From Candidatus Multivoradales bacterium (GTDB lineage: Bacteria > Acidobacteriota > Thermoanaerobaculia > Multivoradales > JAHEKO01), in assembly GCA_965223155.1 (NCBI GenBank), contig CBDCVR010000015.1, positions 640,001-704,000 on the forward strand: a stretch of DNA of 64,000 nt, given 5' to 3'. Position numbers and translations under genes: made by a program. Of the stretch, positions 47,386 through 56,804 are shown piece after piece. How positions within the stretch are numbered: the first letter of the stretch is position 1; every line of letters starts with the position of its first letter. The notes beneath the pieces are model-generated. The model saw only the letters and a program-made list of their open reading frames with translations. It made no database searches and was not told the origin of the DNA.

Positions 47386-48387
47386 ATGAAGAAGTTCCTC
47401 GTCACCCTCGCGATTCTCGGGCTGCTAGGACTCGCCGCCACATTGTGGAAACGTAGCGAGCCGCCTCCGAAGGACCTTGATGCGCCCGATGAGGTCAACG
47501 TGGCCATCGTCTCCATCGTCGAGATCCCACCGATCGTGGACTTGCGGGAGGGCTTTCGCGAACGCCTGGCCGACCCGATAGTCGAGGCGCGATACCGGTT
47601 TACGTTCGAGGAATTTCATGCCCAGGGAGACTCTACGCTCGTTGCGCAAGTTGCCGACGAGGTTAGTTTGTCCAGGCCAGACGCTGCTTATGTCCTCGGC
47701 ACACCTCTCGCAGCGGCCATCCAGAACAAATCCCCCGACCTTCTGGTTGTCCAGGGAGCAGTCACCGACCCCGTTTCTGCTGGATTGGCTGACTCTTGGC
47801 TTGGTTCGGGGCGCCAGTATGTAGCTACCTCCGACCTTCCTCCCATCGTGCGAATCCTGGAAACACTCAACCGCCTGATCCAAGGCCAGCCGATTGGAGT
47901 CATCTACAACCCGAGCGAAGGCAACTCGGTCGCCGTCATCGAGAGGGTCCGGACGGAAACCAAACGGCGGGGGATCTCGCTAGTCGAGCAGCCGGTCGCA
48001 AGTGGAGGGGATGTCGCCACCGCAACTCAGCGTTTGGTCGGCTCGGTAGGGGCCCTTTTCGTCCCTCCAGACAATACGGTGCACGCCAACCTGGCATCCC
48101 TGGGCGCGATTGCCGACCAAGCCAAGCTCCCTTGGTTTGCAACCACAGGCTCGGCGCTCCAAGAGGGTGCGTTCGGTGCCGTGGAGACGAGCTTTCGGGA
48201 ACTTGGCTGGGAGGCTGCCAACCTCCTGCTAGCTGTCCTGGCCAAGAACGACGCATCGACCATGCCCATTCGCCATCTGGAGGATGCCGACATCGTCCTC
48301 GAAGCGGACCGTCTAGAGTTCTTCGGCCTTGACGCCCGCCGCCTCGGTGACGTGTCGGATGTCCGTCTCATCAACGCTTCCGACTGA
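47386..48387 (+). CDS. ABC substrate-binding protein (ABC_sub_bind, aromatic amino-acid/TrpX-like)
   Basis: AQGD, AVTDPVSAGL, TSD, IGVIYNPSEGNS, PPDNTV. Confidence 0.85.
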   Translation: MKKFLVTLAILGLLGLAATLWKRSEPPPKDLDAPDEVNVAIVSIVEIPPIVDLREGFRERLADPIVEARYRFTFEEFHAQGDSTLVAQVADEVSLSRPDAAYVLGTPLAAAIQNKSPDLLVVQGAVTDPVSAGLADSWLGSGRQYVATSDLPPIVRILETLNRLIQGQPIGVIYNPSEGNSVAVIERVRTETKRRGISLVEQPVASGGDVATATQRLVGSVGALFVPPDNTVHANLASLGAIADQAKLPWFATTGSALQEGAFGAVETSFRELGWEAANLLLAVLAKNDASTMPIRHLEDADIVLEADRLEFFGLDARRLGDVSDVRLINASD

Positions 48388-48390
48388 CCT

Positions 48391-49275
48391 GTGTGGGAAG
48401 TAAAGGTCGGGATAGTTGCCGCGGAGGGGTTGATCTTTTCAATGGTAGCGCTTGGAGTCTTCGTCTCATTCCATTGGACCCGATTCCCGGATCTGACACC
48501 GGACGGGACCTTTATTCTTGGCGCTGCGGTAGCTGGAGCCTTTAGCGAGGCCGTCCCGTCGCCCCTCCTGATTCTCTTCATCGCCGCGGTAGGCGGTGCA
48601 ACATTCGGCGCCATTACTGCAATTCTCAACCGCTTGCTCCGTATTCCGGCCGTGGTCGCCGGAATGCTCGTAGCTTCCGCGTTGTACTCGATTTCTTGGT
48701 TGCTAATGGGGGCACCCACCCGCCTTGTGCCGAGAGCACGCACAATCGCCGGCAGCCTGGACCTTGAACCTGCGCTCTGGGCGTTGGTCGCATTTCTCTC
48801 TGTCCTTGTGGCAGCCACGGTTGCCGGCCTAGCTCTCTGCGGAGACTCCTCAGACGGACTCAAAATACGGAGCGTCCGGGAGAATCCCCGACTAGAGGTC
48901 GAAGTCGGTCTGTCGGACAACAAGGCAACCCTGGTAGGACTGGGCGTCGGGAATGGCTTGGTGGCGCTGGCCGGCGCGCTACTGACACAGCGTAGCTTCA
49001 CGGCAGATATCCAAATGGGTGTTGGAATCACCATCGTGGGCCTTGCAGGGCTCATGCTCGGAGGAATGCTAGTTCGAGACAACTCGAGAACATACGTACT
49101 CCTGCTCGCAATCGTACTCGGGAGTCTGCTCTACAAAGCCTTGGTCTTCTTGGCATTGGAACTCGGACTTCCAGCCGAGTCGTTTCGCCTCATGACAGCG
49201 GTAATTCTCGGCGGTGGGTACTTGCTTGTCCACCGCGAGTCGATGGATTTCCTCCGCAGCTTGAGGTGGTCTTGA
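48391..49275 (+). CDS. ABC transporter permease (BPD_transp_2-like)
   Basis: FPDLTPDGTFILGAA and ADIQMGVGITIVGLA. Confidence 0.88.
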   Translation: MWEVKVGIVAAEGLIFSMVALGVFVSFHWTRFPDLTPDGTFILGAAVAGAFSEAVPSPLLILFIAAVGGATFGAITAILNRLLRIPAVVAGMLVASALYSISWLLMGAPTRLVPRARTIAGSLDLEPALWALVAFLSVLVAATVAGLALCGDSSDGLKIRSVRENPRLEVEVGLSDNKATLVGLGVGNGLVALAGALLTQRSFTADIQMGVGITIVGLAGLMLGGMLVRDNSRTYVLLLAIVLGSLLYKALVFLALELGLPAESFRLMTAVILGGGYLLVHRESMDFLRSLRWS

Positions 49276-49955
49276 AACTCCAGCGGGTACAGCGCACCTT
49301 CCCGGCCTTCGAGCTGGACATTCCCGATCTCTACATCGGTGCTGGCAACATGACCTTCCTCATCGGGGGCAATGGCAGCGGCAAGAGCGTTTGGCTTCAA
49401 GCGCTCTTGGAGGAGAGTCGAGCGCCAGGATCCGAGGCTTGGCCGGTCGTCGGGCTTGTTCGCCAGCATGCCGATCACAATCTGGCACCTTCGCTGACAC
49501 TGGAACAAAATCTCATAACAAGACTCGCCTCTCGCGGCTTTGGTGCCCGACTCTGGCCGGCTCGGTTCCTCCGAGGCGAGGTCGGGAAACTGCTGGAGCC
49601 GCATCCAACGCTTCGTCACCAAGCCACGGTTCGCGTCGACAGGCTTTCGATGGGGCAGCGACAGCTCTTGGCCTACCTGACATCGTCACAGCGGGACGTT
49701 GAGCTGCTCTTGCTGGATGAATTCTTGGCAGCTGCCGACGTCATCGTTCGGAAGCAACTCCTAGCCTCGGTCCGAAGGTTCCTTGCTCAATGCGACCGAG
49801 CCGCCATCATTGTGTCGCACGACCTTCGACTGGTGATCGACGAAGCTAGTCGGGTGCTTGTCTTCAGCGGAGGGCGCTTGGTGGCAGATGTACACTGCGA
49901 CACCTCCCCTTTCTCAGAAAAAGAGATGCTTCGATTGATGCGCGTCAGCGAATGA
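49266..49955 (+). CDS. ABC transporter ATP-binding protein
   Basis: GGNGSGKS, LSMGQRQ, LLLLDE, VSHD. Confidence 0.85.
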   Translation: MVLKLQRVQRTFPAFELDIPDLYIGAGNMTFLIGGNGSGKSVWLQALLEESRAPGSEAWPVVGLVRQHADHNLAPSLTLEQNLITRLASRGFGARLWPARFLRGEVGKLLEPHPTLRHQATVRVDRLSMGQRQLLAYLTSSQRDVELLLLDEFLAAADVIVRKQLLASVRRFLAQCDRAAIIVSHDLRLVIDEASRVLVFSGGRLVADVHCDTSPFSEKEMLRLMRVSE

Positions 49956-50908
49956 GGGGATCGCACTGGCTCGGGCTGTTCTTTGTGGCGACCGTGGTCG
50001 CATCGATCGCCTACTTTCTGTCCCCTCGGAGCGGAGCTCTAGCCGGCTCCGTGGTAAGCGCGTCACTTGAGGAACAACCGCTGAGAGGAGAAGTCGTGGC
50101 CGCGCTTCGCCTCATCGAGGGTGATCACGGAGAAATTACGGCAAACCGAATCGCAGAGCTCAGAACTATCGCGAGCCAGGGCCTGTGGCGGCAGGGGTGT
50201 TCCTCTGACTTCGAGGTGGCTCTTACCACTGTCATCAAGTACTTCGACCTCCCATTTCCGAAGCCGTGGGGCCCTGAGAGCATCGAAGTGCTCTGTGACC
50301 CCGTTCGCGTTATTTACCCCGACGCCAACGACGGTCTCGATCAAACTGTGGTCCAGCTCGAAGACTCGAGCCTATTCAAATCTAACGACGTCGCCGAGCT
50401 CATCGATACTTGTGCGCGCTTCGAGGCTGGCTCAATAAGAAGTACCGTCTCGATCCAGGACCGAGCCTTCACGTTGTACAACGTCGCTTCGCCTGAGAGG
50501 GCCAATCAGCGGAAGAAGGTTGCTACCGACCTGCGCCTGATTCGAGATCGATACTGCCAGCGGGGTGCCAACAGGCACGTCCTAATAGTCGCGGCTCGAA
50601 TTCACAACCCTGGCCCCTTGCCCAACGCAATTCGTGGGCACGCAGTTGTCGAACTTCGACCTCGGACCGCGAAATCAGGCGTTGTGGTTCCTCTAACGTT
50701 GACAGGAGACGGAACGATCCCGGCCGGGCAGAGCACCACTAGTATTTTCCTCTCAGCTACTATCGACTCGCCCGAAACCAGCAGTCAGCCCAGCGTCAGC
50801 GATCTCTACCGGCACGGAGCCGACGCAACTCTCGGTCTCACAGACATCTATGAACGGGAAATCAAACTTCCGTTTGAATTCTCGACGACGGCCGATCGCC
50901 GGGATTAG
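49952..50908 (+). CDS. Hypothetical exported or membrane-anchored protein
   Basis: N-terminal hydrophobic helix, four Cys and a beta-rich C-terminus; ATGA-coupled to the ATPase. Confidence 0.65.
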   Translation: MRGSHWLGLFFVATVVASIAYFLSPRSGALAGSVVSASLEEQPLRGEVVAALRLIEGDHGEITANRIAELRTIASQGLWRQGCSSDFEVALTTVIKYFDLPFPKPWGPESIEVLCDPVRVIYPDANDGLDQTVVQLEDSSLFKSNDVAELIDTCARFEAGSIRSTVSIQDRAFTLYNVASPERANQRKKVATDLRLIRDRYCQRGANRHVLIVAARIHNPGPLPNAIRGHAVVELRPRTAKSGVVVPLTLTGDGTIPAGQSTTSIFLSATIDSPETSSQPSVSDLYRHGADATLGLTDIYEREIKLPFEFSTTADRRD

Positions 50909-51630
50909 TCCTTTCGCCACACGTAGGACCTGTAGGAATGCGAACCATTCTTCAGCAAAGGCGCCAAGCCATTTGTCATGTAGTCGTTGAGTTCGTTGAG
51001 AATCTCACATCCTGGAGAGCGCGGTCCTGCAATCACCTCGAACTGCCTCCTGCGGAGGCTGTTTCCCTCGACTAACGCTCTCCAGACGCCACTAGAGAGA
51101 TCCACGTTCCTAACCTCGGTGAGACCACACGCTGCCGCGAAGGCTTCTAGGTCATCGAAGAACTCCTTCGGCCCTCCGTCAGCAATGACCAGCAAACCCT
51201 TCTTCTTGAGAGTTCTGGCCGAGCCCGCGACGAATCCTGAAACCGATTCGATCGAGTGCATTGCTTCAAGACAGAAGACGACATCGATCGAAGCGTGCTG
51301 AATCGGCAAAGCGCCTCCATCAGAAACCACTGCGAAGATGCTGGATCTCCTGGACCCGGCCTCGAACGCATGGCTAGGAAGCCGGTCCAGACAGATAACG
51401 GAAGCCACGCGCAGGTTCTCAAGGAGAATTCGCGCCGGCCCTCCGTGACCGGAACCAACATCTAGCAAGCGCCTCCCGGCCAGAGGCATAGAGCCGGCTA
51501 CCTCTAGGACGAGTTCCCGTTGATCCGCGGGATACCCCCGGGCTGCCGACCGAGCGTAGCCATGATTCAAGAAGGGCAGCTTTCCGGGCGGTATCAAACG
51601 AGCCGCCTGCTCGAACCAAGCTCGGGACAC
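50905..51630 (-). CDS. Class I SAM-dependent methyltransferase
   Basis: FLNHGY, LLDVGSGHGG, IDVVFCLEAMH, LKKKGLLVIAD. Confidence 0.88.
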   Translation of the reverse strand: MSRAWFEQAARLIPPGKLPFLNHGYARSAARGYPADQRELVLEVAGSMPLAGRRLLDVGSGHGGPARILLENLRVASVICLDRLPSHAFEAGSRRSSIFAVVSDGGALPIQHASIDVVFCLEAMHSIESVSGFVAGSARTLKKKGLLVIADGGPKEFFDDLEAFAAACGLTEVRNVDLSSGVWRALVEGNSLRRRQFEVIAGPRSPGCEILNELNDYMTNGLAPLLKNGSHSYRSYVWRKD

Positions 51631-51670
51631 AAGAGCCTCTTACTATCTCAGTGCCGCCTGTTGCACAGAA

Positions 51671-52534
51671 TCAACAATATTGGGAACGAACACTTGCTAG
51701 CTCGTCAAGAAGAACTTCACCAAGGTCTGTACATCTGGCATGTCGCTCCAAACCGCTCAAGCCCTCTGCAAACTTCGCTCGATAATCGTCCACAACTGCT
51801 GATCCCACTCGAACGCTTGGCGGCCACCGAGAATGCAGCATCAGCAGCCTTGCTAGGACGAAAACCGCGTGGAGTACTGCATCCAACGGTCTTGGTTCCG
51901 TTCGAAAAGGAGAAGGGCCGTACTCCTCGGGATTCTGCAGCGGCTGAAAGAAATAGTTCCGAAGAAGAAGCTCGAGATGGGTCGCCTCATGAACTAGAAG
52001 GTCGAGGAGCAAGATCTGAGAATTGAATGCACTTTCTTCAAGAAAGACAGCGCCGAAAGCGCTAGTACTAGTGGCTGAGCGAAGCCGGTGAGCACGGATC
52101 GAGACTACGACAGGAGCCAGCCGAATCAGGATTGCTTGTTGCTGCGGCCAGATCCTTTCCAGGAACACAAGGGAGTTCGACAGTTGCAACTGTCGCATCT
52201 CGCTTTCCGAGGAAAGACACACATCTTCTGCGAAGGCCAAACCACTCGAGAATTCTGAAAGAGCGGCTGCCACCCAGCCTCTAGAGCCAGCCGCTTCGGA
52301 AGTAAGCAATCCAGGAGATGGCCGGACAGCGTCGCGACTCAGGTCGTAGTTCGTGCCGACCGGACCCACAGCTGCCCAATAAAGATCCGGAGAGCGGTCC
52401 TCTATCTTGAAACCGTGATTTCCGAATCTCGCGCGGAGTCGCAACTCGACAGCTTGCCAAAAAAAATCAAGCAACGGAACAAGTCCGTCGAGATCCGGCT
52501 CTACCTCAACGAGTGACCGGACCGGTACTTGCAC
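51671..52534 (-). CDS. HExxH-motif protein (aKG-HExxH peptide beta-hydroxylase-like)
   Basis: SATS..AFGAVF, LLVHEATHLEL and SPFRTEPRPLDAVLHAVFV. Confidence 0.85.
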   Translation of the reverse strand: MQVPVRSLVEVEPDLDGLVPLLDFFWQAVELRLRARFGNHGFKIEDRSPDLYWAAVGPVGTNYDLSRDAVRPSPGLLTSEAAGSRGWVAAALSEFSSGLAFAEDVCLSSESEMRQLQLSNSLVFLERIWPQQQAILIRLAPVVVSIRAHRLRSATSTSAFGAVFLEESAFNSQILLLDLLVHEATHLELLLRNYFFQPLQNPEEYGPSPFRTEPRPLDAVLHAVFVLARLLMLHSRWPPSVRVGSAVVDDYRAKFAEGLSGLERHARCTDLGEVLLDELASVRSQYC

Positions 52535-52539
52535 GCGAC

Positions 52540-52713
52540 TCAGGTCGGTTGACGTGCTGGACGTACTGCCCTCGATCTCATCCTGCCCTCAGTGCTGGAC
52601 TTTTCGCCCTTCGGAGGTGCGAAGCAATAGGATCGTGAGTGTGCGTCAAGCCTTCGAGCAAGCTCTTCCAAATCCACCTCCAGATGAGATGGAAGCTCAG
52701 CTTTTGTTGTCAT
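52540..52713 (-). CDS. Putative RiPP precursor peptide (57 aa)
   Basis: GAGGAG RBS before ATG, acidic leader-like LEVDLEELARRL, first gene of the HExxH-methyltransferase unit. Confidence 0.55.
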   Translation of the reverse strand: MTTKAELPSHLEVDLEELARRLDAHSRSYCFAPPKGEKSSTEGRMRSRAVRPARQPT

Positions 52714-52735
52714 CTCGGGCTCCTCGTTGTTCACA

Positions 52736-52744
52736 ATTGTACCA
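52736..52744 (-). promoter_or_regulatory. Extended -10 element (TGGTACAAT) upstream of the putative precursor
   Basis: TGnTACAAT about 22 nt upstream of the ATG at 52713. Confidence 0.5.
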
Positions 52745-52960
52745 AAGAAGGGACTTTTCGCTAGGGTTCCTTCCCCTGAGTACGACGGCACAGGGCGCTC
52801 TGCCTCTATCAATTGTTACCTCGCCCGGGACTTCTCCAAGCAGATACAGTGCCAGGCTTAGAGCTTCAGGGTTCTCGATCTCTCCTCCCGCGGTTGGCAA
52901 TCCTCCACGGTCCGGCTACACTCGCGCGGTCACTGCGCAGGCCGGTTTCGAACCCCGCGG

Positions 52961-54970
52961 ATGTCTTCCTGGAAGCCAACAGACGTCGACCACGTAGCGG
53001 TCCAGACCATCCGGTTTCTGGCGGTGGACATGGTCGAGCGCGCCAACTCGGGGCATCCGGGCGCGCCGATGGGGCTGGCCCCTCTGGGCTACACGCTCTT
53101 CGCTCGCCACCTGCGCCACCATCCCGAAAACCCCGACTGGGCCAACCGGGACCGGTTCGTCCTGTCCTGCGGACATGCCTCGGCGCTCCTCTACGCCCTG
53201 CTGCATCTCGCCGGCTACGATCTGCCGCTCGACGAGCTCCGGAACTTCCGCCAGCTCGGCTCGAAAACACCCGGCCATCCCGAGCACGGGCTGACGCCGG
53301 GAGTCGAGACCACCACCGGTCCGCTCGGCCAGGGCATCTCGACGGCTGTGGGCATGGCGATCGCCCGCGACAAGCTGGCCGCCACCTTCAACCGCGACGG
53401 CCAGGAGCTTTTTGATTTCCGCACTTGGGTGATCGCGAGCGACGGCGACTTGATGGAAGGCATTGCCTCGGAGGCGTGCTCGTTCGCGGGACATCTCCGG
53501 CTGGGCTCGCTCAAGGTCTTCTACGACGACAACCAGATCTCGATTGACGGCTCGACCGACTTGACCTTCTCCGAAGACGTCGGCAAACGCTACAAGAGCT
53601 ACGGCTGGAACGTGCTGCGGGTCGAGGACGGCAACGATCTCGAAGCCCTCGATCGGGCGGCCACCCGCGCGGCCGAGCACGAGGACCGGCCGACCCTGGT
53701 CATGGTTCGTACCCACATCGGTTTCGGCAGCCCCAACAAGCAGGACTCCTCGGCGGCCCACGGCTCGCCCCTGGGGACCGGCGAGGTCGAGCTCACCAAG
53801 CGCAACCTGGGGTGGCCGGCCGAGCCGACCTTCCACATCCCGGAAGAGGCGCGGGAAGCCTTCGCGCCGGTCGTCGCGCGTGGCAAGCGCCTCGAGGCCG
53901 AGTGGAGCTCGCTGCGCCGGACGCACGGCGAGCGCCACCCTGATCTCGCCGCCGAGCTGGATCGGCGCCTGGCCGGCAACCTTCCCGAGGACTGGCGCCA
54001 GCATCTGCCGTCGTTCGCTCCGGAGGACGGCCCGGTCGCCACCCGCAAGGCCTCCGGAACGGTCTTGAACGCCCTGGCTCCCGCCTTCCCCGAGTTCGTG
54101 TCGGGCTCTGCCGATCTGACCGGCTCGAACAACACCTATCTGGCCGACGACGGCGACTACTCGGCAAGCGATCCGGTAGCGCGGAACCTCCGCTACGGCG
54201 TCCGCGAGCACGCCATGGGCGCGATCGTCAACGGCCTGGCTCTGACCAAGGCCTTTCTTCCGTACGCCGGTACGTTCCTGGTCTTCTCCGACTACATGCG
54301 GGCGGCGGTGCGCCTGGCGGCCTTGATGGAGCAGCGCTCGATCTTCGTCTTCACCCACGATTCGATCTTCCTGGGCGAGGACGGACCCACGCATCAGCCC
54401 GAAGGCCATCTGGCGTCCCTGCGCGCGATCCCGAACCTGACGGTGCTACGGCCGGCCGACGCCAACGAGGTCGCCGCCGCCTGGGCGGTCGCGATCGAAT
54501 CACCCGACACCCCTTCGGCGATCGTCTTGACCCGGCAGAAGCTGCCCATCCTGGCCGAGACCGCGACGCTCGCCGCTGAGGGCGTCCGCCAGGGCGCCTA
54601 CGTCCTGGCCGGGGCCGACGAAGACGCCGAGGGACTCTTGCTCGCCACCGGCTCGGAGGTCGCCCTGGCACTCGAAGCGCGCGCCCGTCTGGCCGAGGAA
54701 GACATCGCCGTCCGCGTCGTCAGCATGCCGTCCTGGGAGCTCTTTGCCGCCCAGCCCCGGGACGTTCGGGACGGGGTGCTGCCGCCCGAGCTCACCGCCC
54801 GGCTCTCGGTCGAGGCCGGCTCGACCCTGGGCTGGCACCGGTGGGTGGGGAGCGCCGGCGACGTTCTCGGCATCGATCGCTTCGGAGCGTCGGCGCCGGG
54901 GAGCGATCTCGCTGAGCCCTTCGGCCTGACCGCCGAAGCCGTGGCCGGGCGTTTCCGAAAACTGCTCTAG
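52961..54970 (+). CDS. tkt: Transketolase
   Basis: ANSGHPGAPMG, RDRFVLSCGH, GDLMEG, YGVREHAM, GEDGPTHQP. Confidence 0.98.
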   Translation: MSSWKPTDVDHVAVQTIRFLAVDMVERANSGHPGAPMGLAPLGYTLFARHLRHHPENPDWANRDRFVLSCGHASALLYALLHLAGYDLPLDELRNFRQLGSKTPGHPEHGLTPGVETTTGPLGQGISTAVGMAIARDKLAATFNRDGQELFDFRTWVIASDGDLMEGIASEACSFAGHLRLGSLKVFYDDNQISIDGSTDLTFSEDVGKRYKSYGWNVLRVEDGNDLEALDRAATRAAEHEDRPTLVMVRTHIGFGSPNKQDSSAAHGSPLGTGEVELTKRNLGWPAEPTFHIPEEAREAFAPVVARGKRLEAEWSSLRRTHGERHPDLAAELDRRLAGNLPEDWRQHLPSFAPEDGPVATRKASGTVLNALAPAFPEFVSGSADLTGSNNTYLADDGDYSASDPVARNLRYGVREHAMGAIVNGLALTKAFLPYAGTFLVFSDYMRAAVRLAALMEQRSIFVFTHDSIFLGEDGPTHQPEGHLASLRAIPNLTVLRPADANEVAAAWAVAIESPDTPSAIVLTRQKLPILAETATLAAEGVRQGAYVLAGADEDAEGLLLATGSEVALALEARARLAEEDIAVRVVSMPSWELFAAQPRDVRDGVLPPELTARLSVEAGSTLGWHRWVGSAGDVLGIDRFGASAPGSDLAEPFGLTAEAVAGRFRKLL

Positions 54971-55055
54971 GACGCAACCGGTAGCGGACGCCGGGGCGCG
55001 GAAGCGGTCCCGCCGCGGCCCGTTCGTCCCGGCCGAGCCTTGGCCTGACGGGCAG

Positions 55056-56804
55056 CTAGTTGACGTAGCCGTGGGCCTGGAGCTGGCGGCGGCGGGTCTC
55101 GGCCTCGTCCGGGGTCTCGGCGTCGTCAGAGGTCTCGACAGCGGCCTGTGCTCGCTCCAGCTCTCGCCGGCGTCGCCGCTCTCCCGCCGAGGTGACCGCC
55201 GGATTGTGCCAGTACCCGAAAAATGCCGGCGCCCGCCCGTCCGGGCCCTCTTCCTCGACCGCCACGCAAAGCTCCACCCAGCGATGAGCGAATGCGGCGA
55301 GATCCACCGTCGCGCGGCCCTTGGTCTCGAGCGCGGCGCCACCTTCCGGCTCCGGCTCCAGGCCCAGGACGTCCTCGAACACGGCACCGGCGGTCTCGTC
55401 GCCCTCTTGGACCGTGGCCTGGAAGACGGCGCGGTAGGCGGCGATGCCGCGCTTCGTGAGCCCGCGCCGGTTGACGCCGTAGCCGAGCGCGAGCTGGGCG
55501 CCCTCCGGAACCAGCAATCGCCGGCAGGCTTTCTTGTCCTTCAGAACCTGCATCTCGACCCCGTCGATGCGGACGTCGATGAGTCCGTACGATTCCATGA
55601 ACCCGTAGATGCGGCGGTCGGTGTACCGGTATCCCGGGGAGGGCTCGACAGCCCGCTCGCTTGGAGCTCGCAAGGCCGCGAGCTGCGGGGCGTAGTCGTA
55701 CGGGTAGCGGCTGGGCCGGACCGGATCGAAGAGCGGCTCCCATTGCCAGACGGTGTCGCCATGCCGATCGATCTCGAAGAGCCGCCCGCTCCGGCTGGAG
55801 GCAATCACGGTGTTGCCTCCCGGTAGGCGCTGGCCCACGCCCGCCGTCGGGCTGAAGAACTCCTCAGCGTCGTAGCGCCAGACGATCTCCTCGGTCACCG
55901 GATCGATCTCCAGGATCGCGCTCTGCCGATACCGGACGCGGTTGTTCAAGCCGTTGTCGAAGATCTGGACGGTCCCAGCCCCCGGCTCGCCGAGGGGAAT
56001 CATGCGGGCTTCGTGCTGCCGGTCGAGATCCCGATCGAAGAACCAGACCACCTCCTTCGTCGCCTTGTCCACGACGAAGACCGCGTTGCGATTGCGCGCC
56101 GAGACCAGGACATTGCCGGGACGGAAGCGTTCGTCGCCGGCCGCAAACCACGGATTCTCCGGCAAGGACTGGACTGAGTTCATGTGGGTGAGCTCGCCGC
56201 CCTCCGGAAGCGGATCCGGGAAGTAGGCCGCCAAGCCTTCGAGCGCGCGCCATTCCCAGACGACCTCGCCCGCGGGATCGACCTCCACCAAATCGTCGGC
56301 GCGCTCGCCATCGCGCAGGACGATCGTCAGCGTGTTGCCGTTGGCCAGCCGCTCGAGATCGTGATGCGGAAACATTCCGTCGAACGCCCGCTCCCAGACC
56401 AGATTGCCGTCCCAGTCGTACTCGACCAGCGAGCGTCCCCGGGCCAGGCCCAGGAGATTGCCGTTGGCCAGGAGCTTGACCCGGGACTTGACCCGAGCCT
56501 CCGGCCAAGCGTGGACAACCCTGCCGTTCATGTCGAACAGAACGGGCACCCGCGACCAGAAGAGCGCCAGGTTGTAGCCGCTCGCGGACCGTTCCGGGTT
56601 GTAAATCGAGATCCAGGACGGCGGGTCGTGGACGGCAAGAAACTCGTAGCCCTTCGGATGCCGGCTCCAAAGGCCGGTGCCTTTGTCTTCGTCCGGACCG
56701 CCGCAATCGGAGACCACCAGCGTCAAAATGACGGCCACAAGCACCCTGAGCGAAGCGGCCGTTCGGCGACCCGTGTGGGCACCGGCGTGTTCAGTCCGAC
56801 CCAT
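55056..56804 (-). CDS. Arylsulfotransferase (ASST)-like beta-propeller protein with C-terminal extension
   Basis: HHD, THMNSV, RQHEAR, IFDNG, QRLPGGNTVI; ends LQAHGYVN. Confidence 0.82.
   Translation of the reverse strand: MGRTEHAGAHTGRRTAASLRVLVAVILTLVVSDCGGPDEDKGTGLWSRHPKGYEFLAVHDPPSWISIYNPERSASGYNLALFWSRVPVLFDMNGRVVHAWPEARVKSRVKLLANGNLLGLARGRSLVEYDWDGNLVWERAFDGMFPHHDLERLANGNTLTIVLRDGERADDLVEVDPAGEVVWEWRALEGLAAYFPDPLPEGGELTHMNSVQSLPENPWFAAGDERFRPGNVLVSARNRNAVFVVDKATKEVVWFFDRDLDRQHEARMIPLGEPGAGTVQIFDNGLNNRVRYRQSAILEIDPVTEEIVWRYDAEEFFSPTAGVGQRLPGGNTVIASSRSGRLFEIDRHGDTVWQWEPLFDPVRPSRYPYDYAPQLAALRAPSERAVEPSPGYRYTDRRIYGFMESYGLIDVRIDGVEMQVLKDKKACRRLLVPEGAQLALGYGVNRRGLTKRGIAAYRAVFQATVQEGDETAGAVFEDVLGLEPEPEGGAALETKGRATVDLAAFAHRWVELCVAVEEEGPDGRAPAFFGYWHNPAVTSAGERRRRRELERAQAAVETSDDAETPDEAETRRRQLQAHGYVN

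Larger units (their letters stand above)
46150..52900. other. Lower-GC genomic island (boundaries approximate)
   Basis: Abrupt rise in A/T and A/T-ending codons (28/60 GC in line 46321 versus 53/60 in line 45421). No integrase or transposase seen. Confidence 0.8.
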
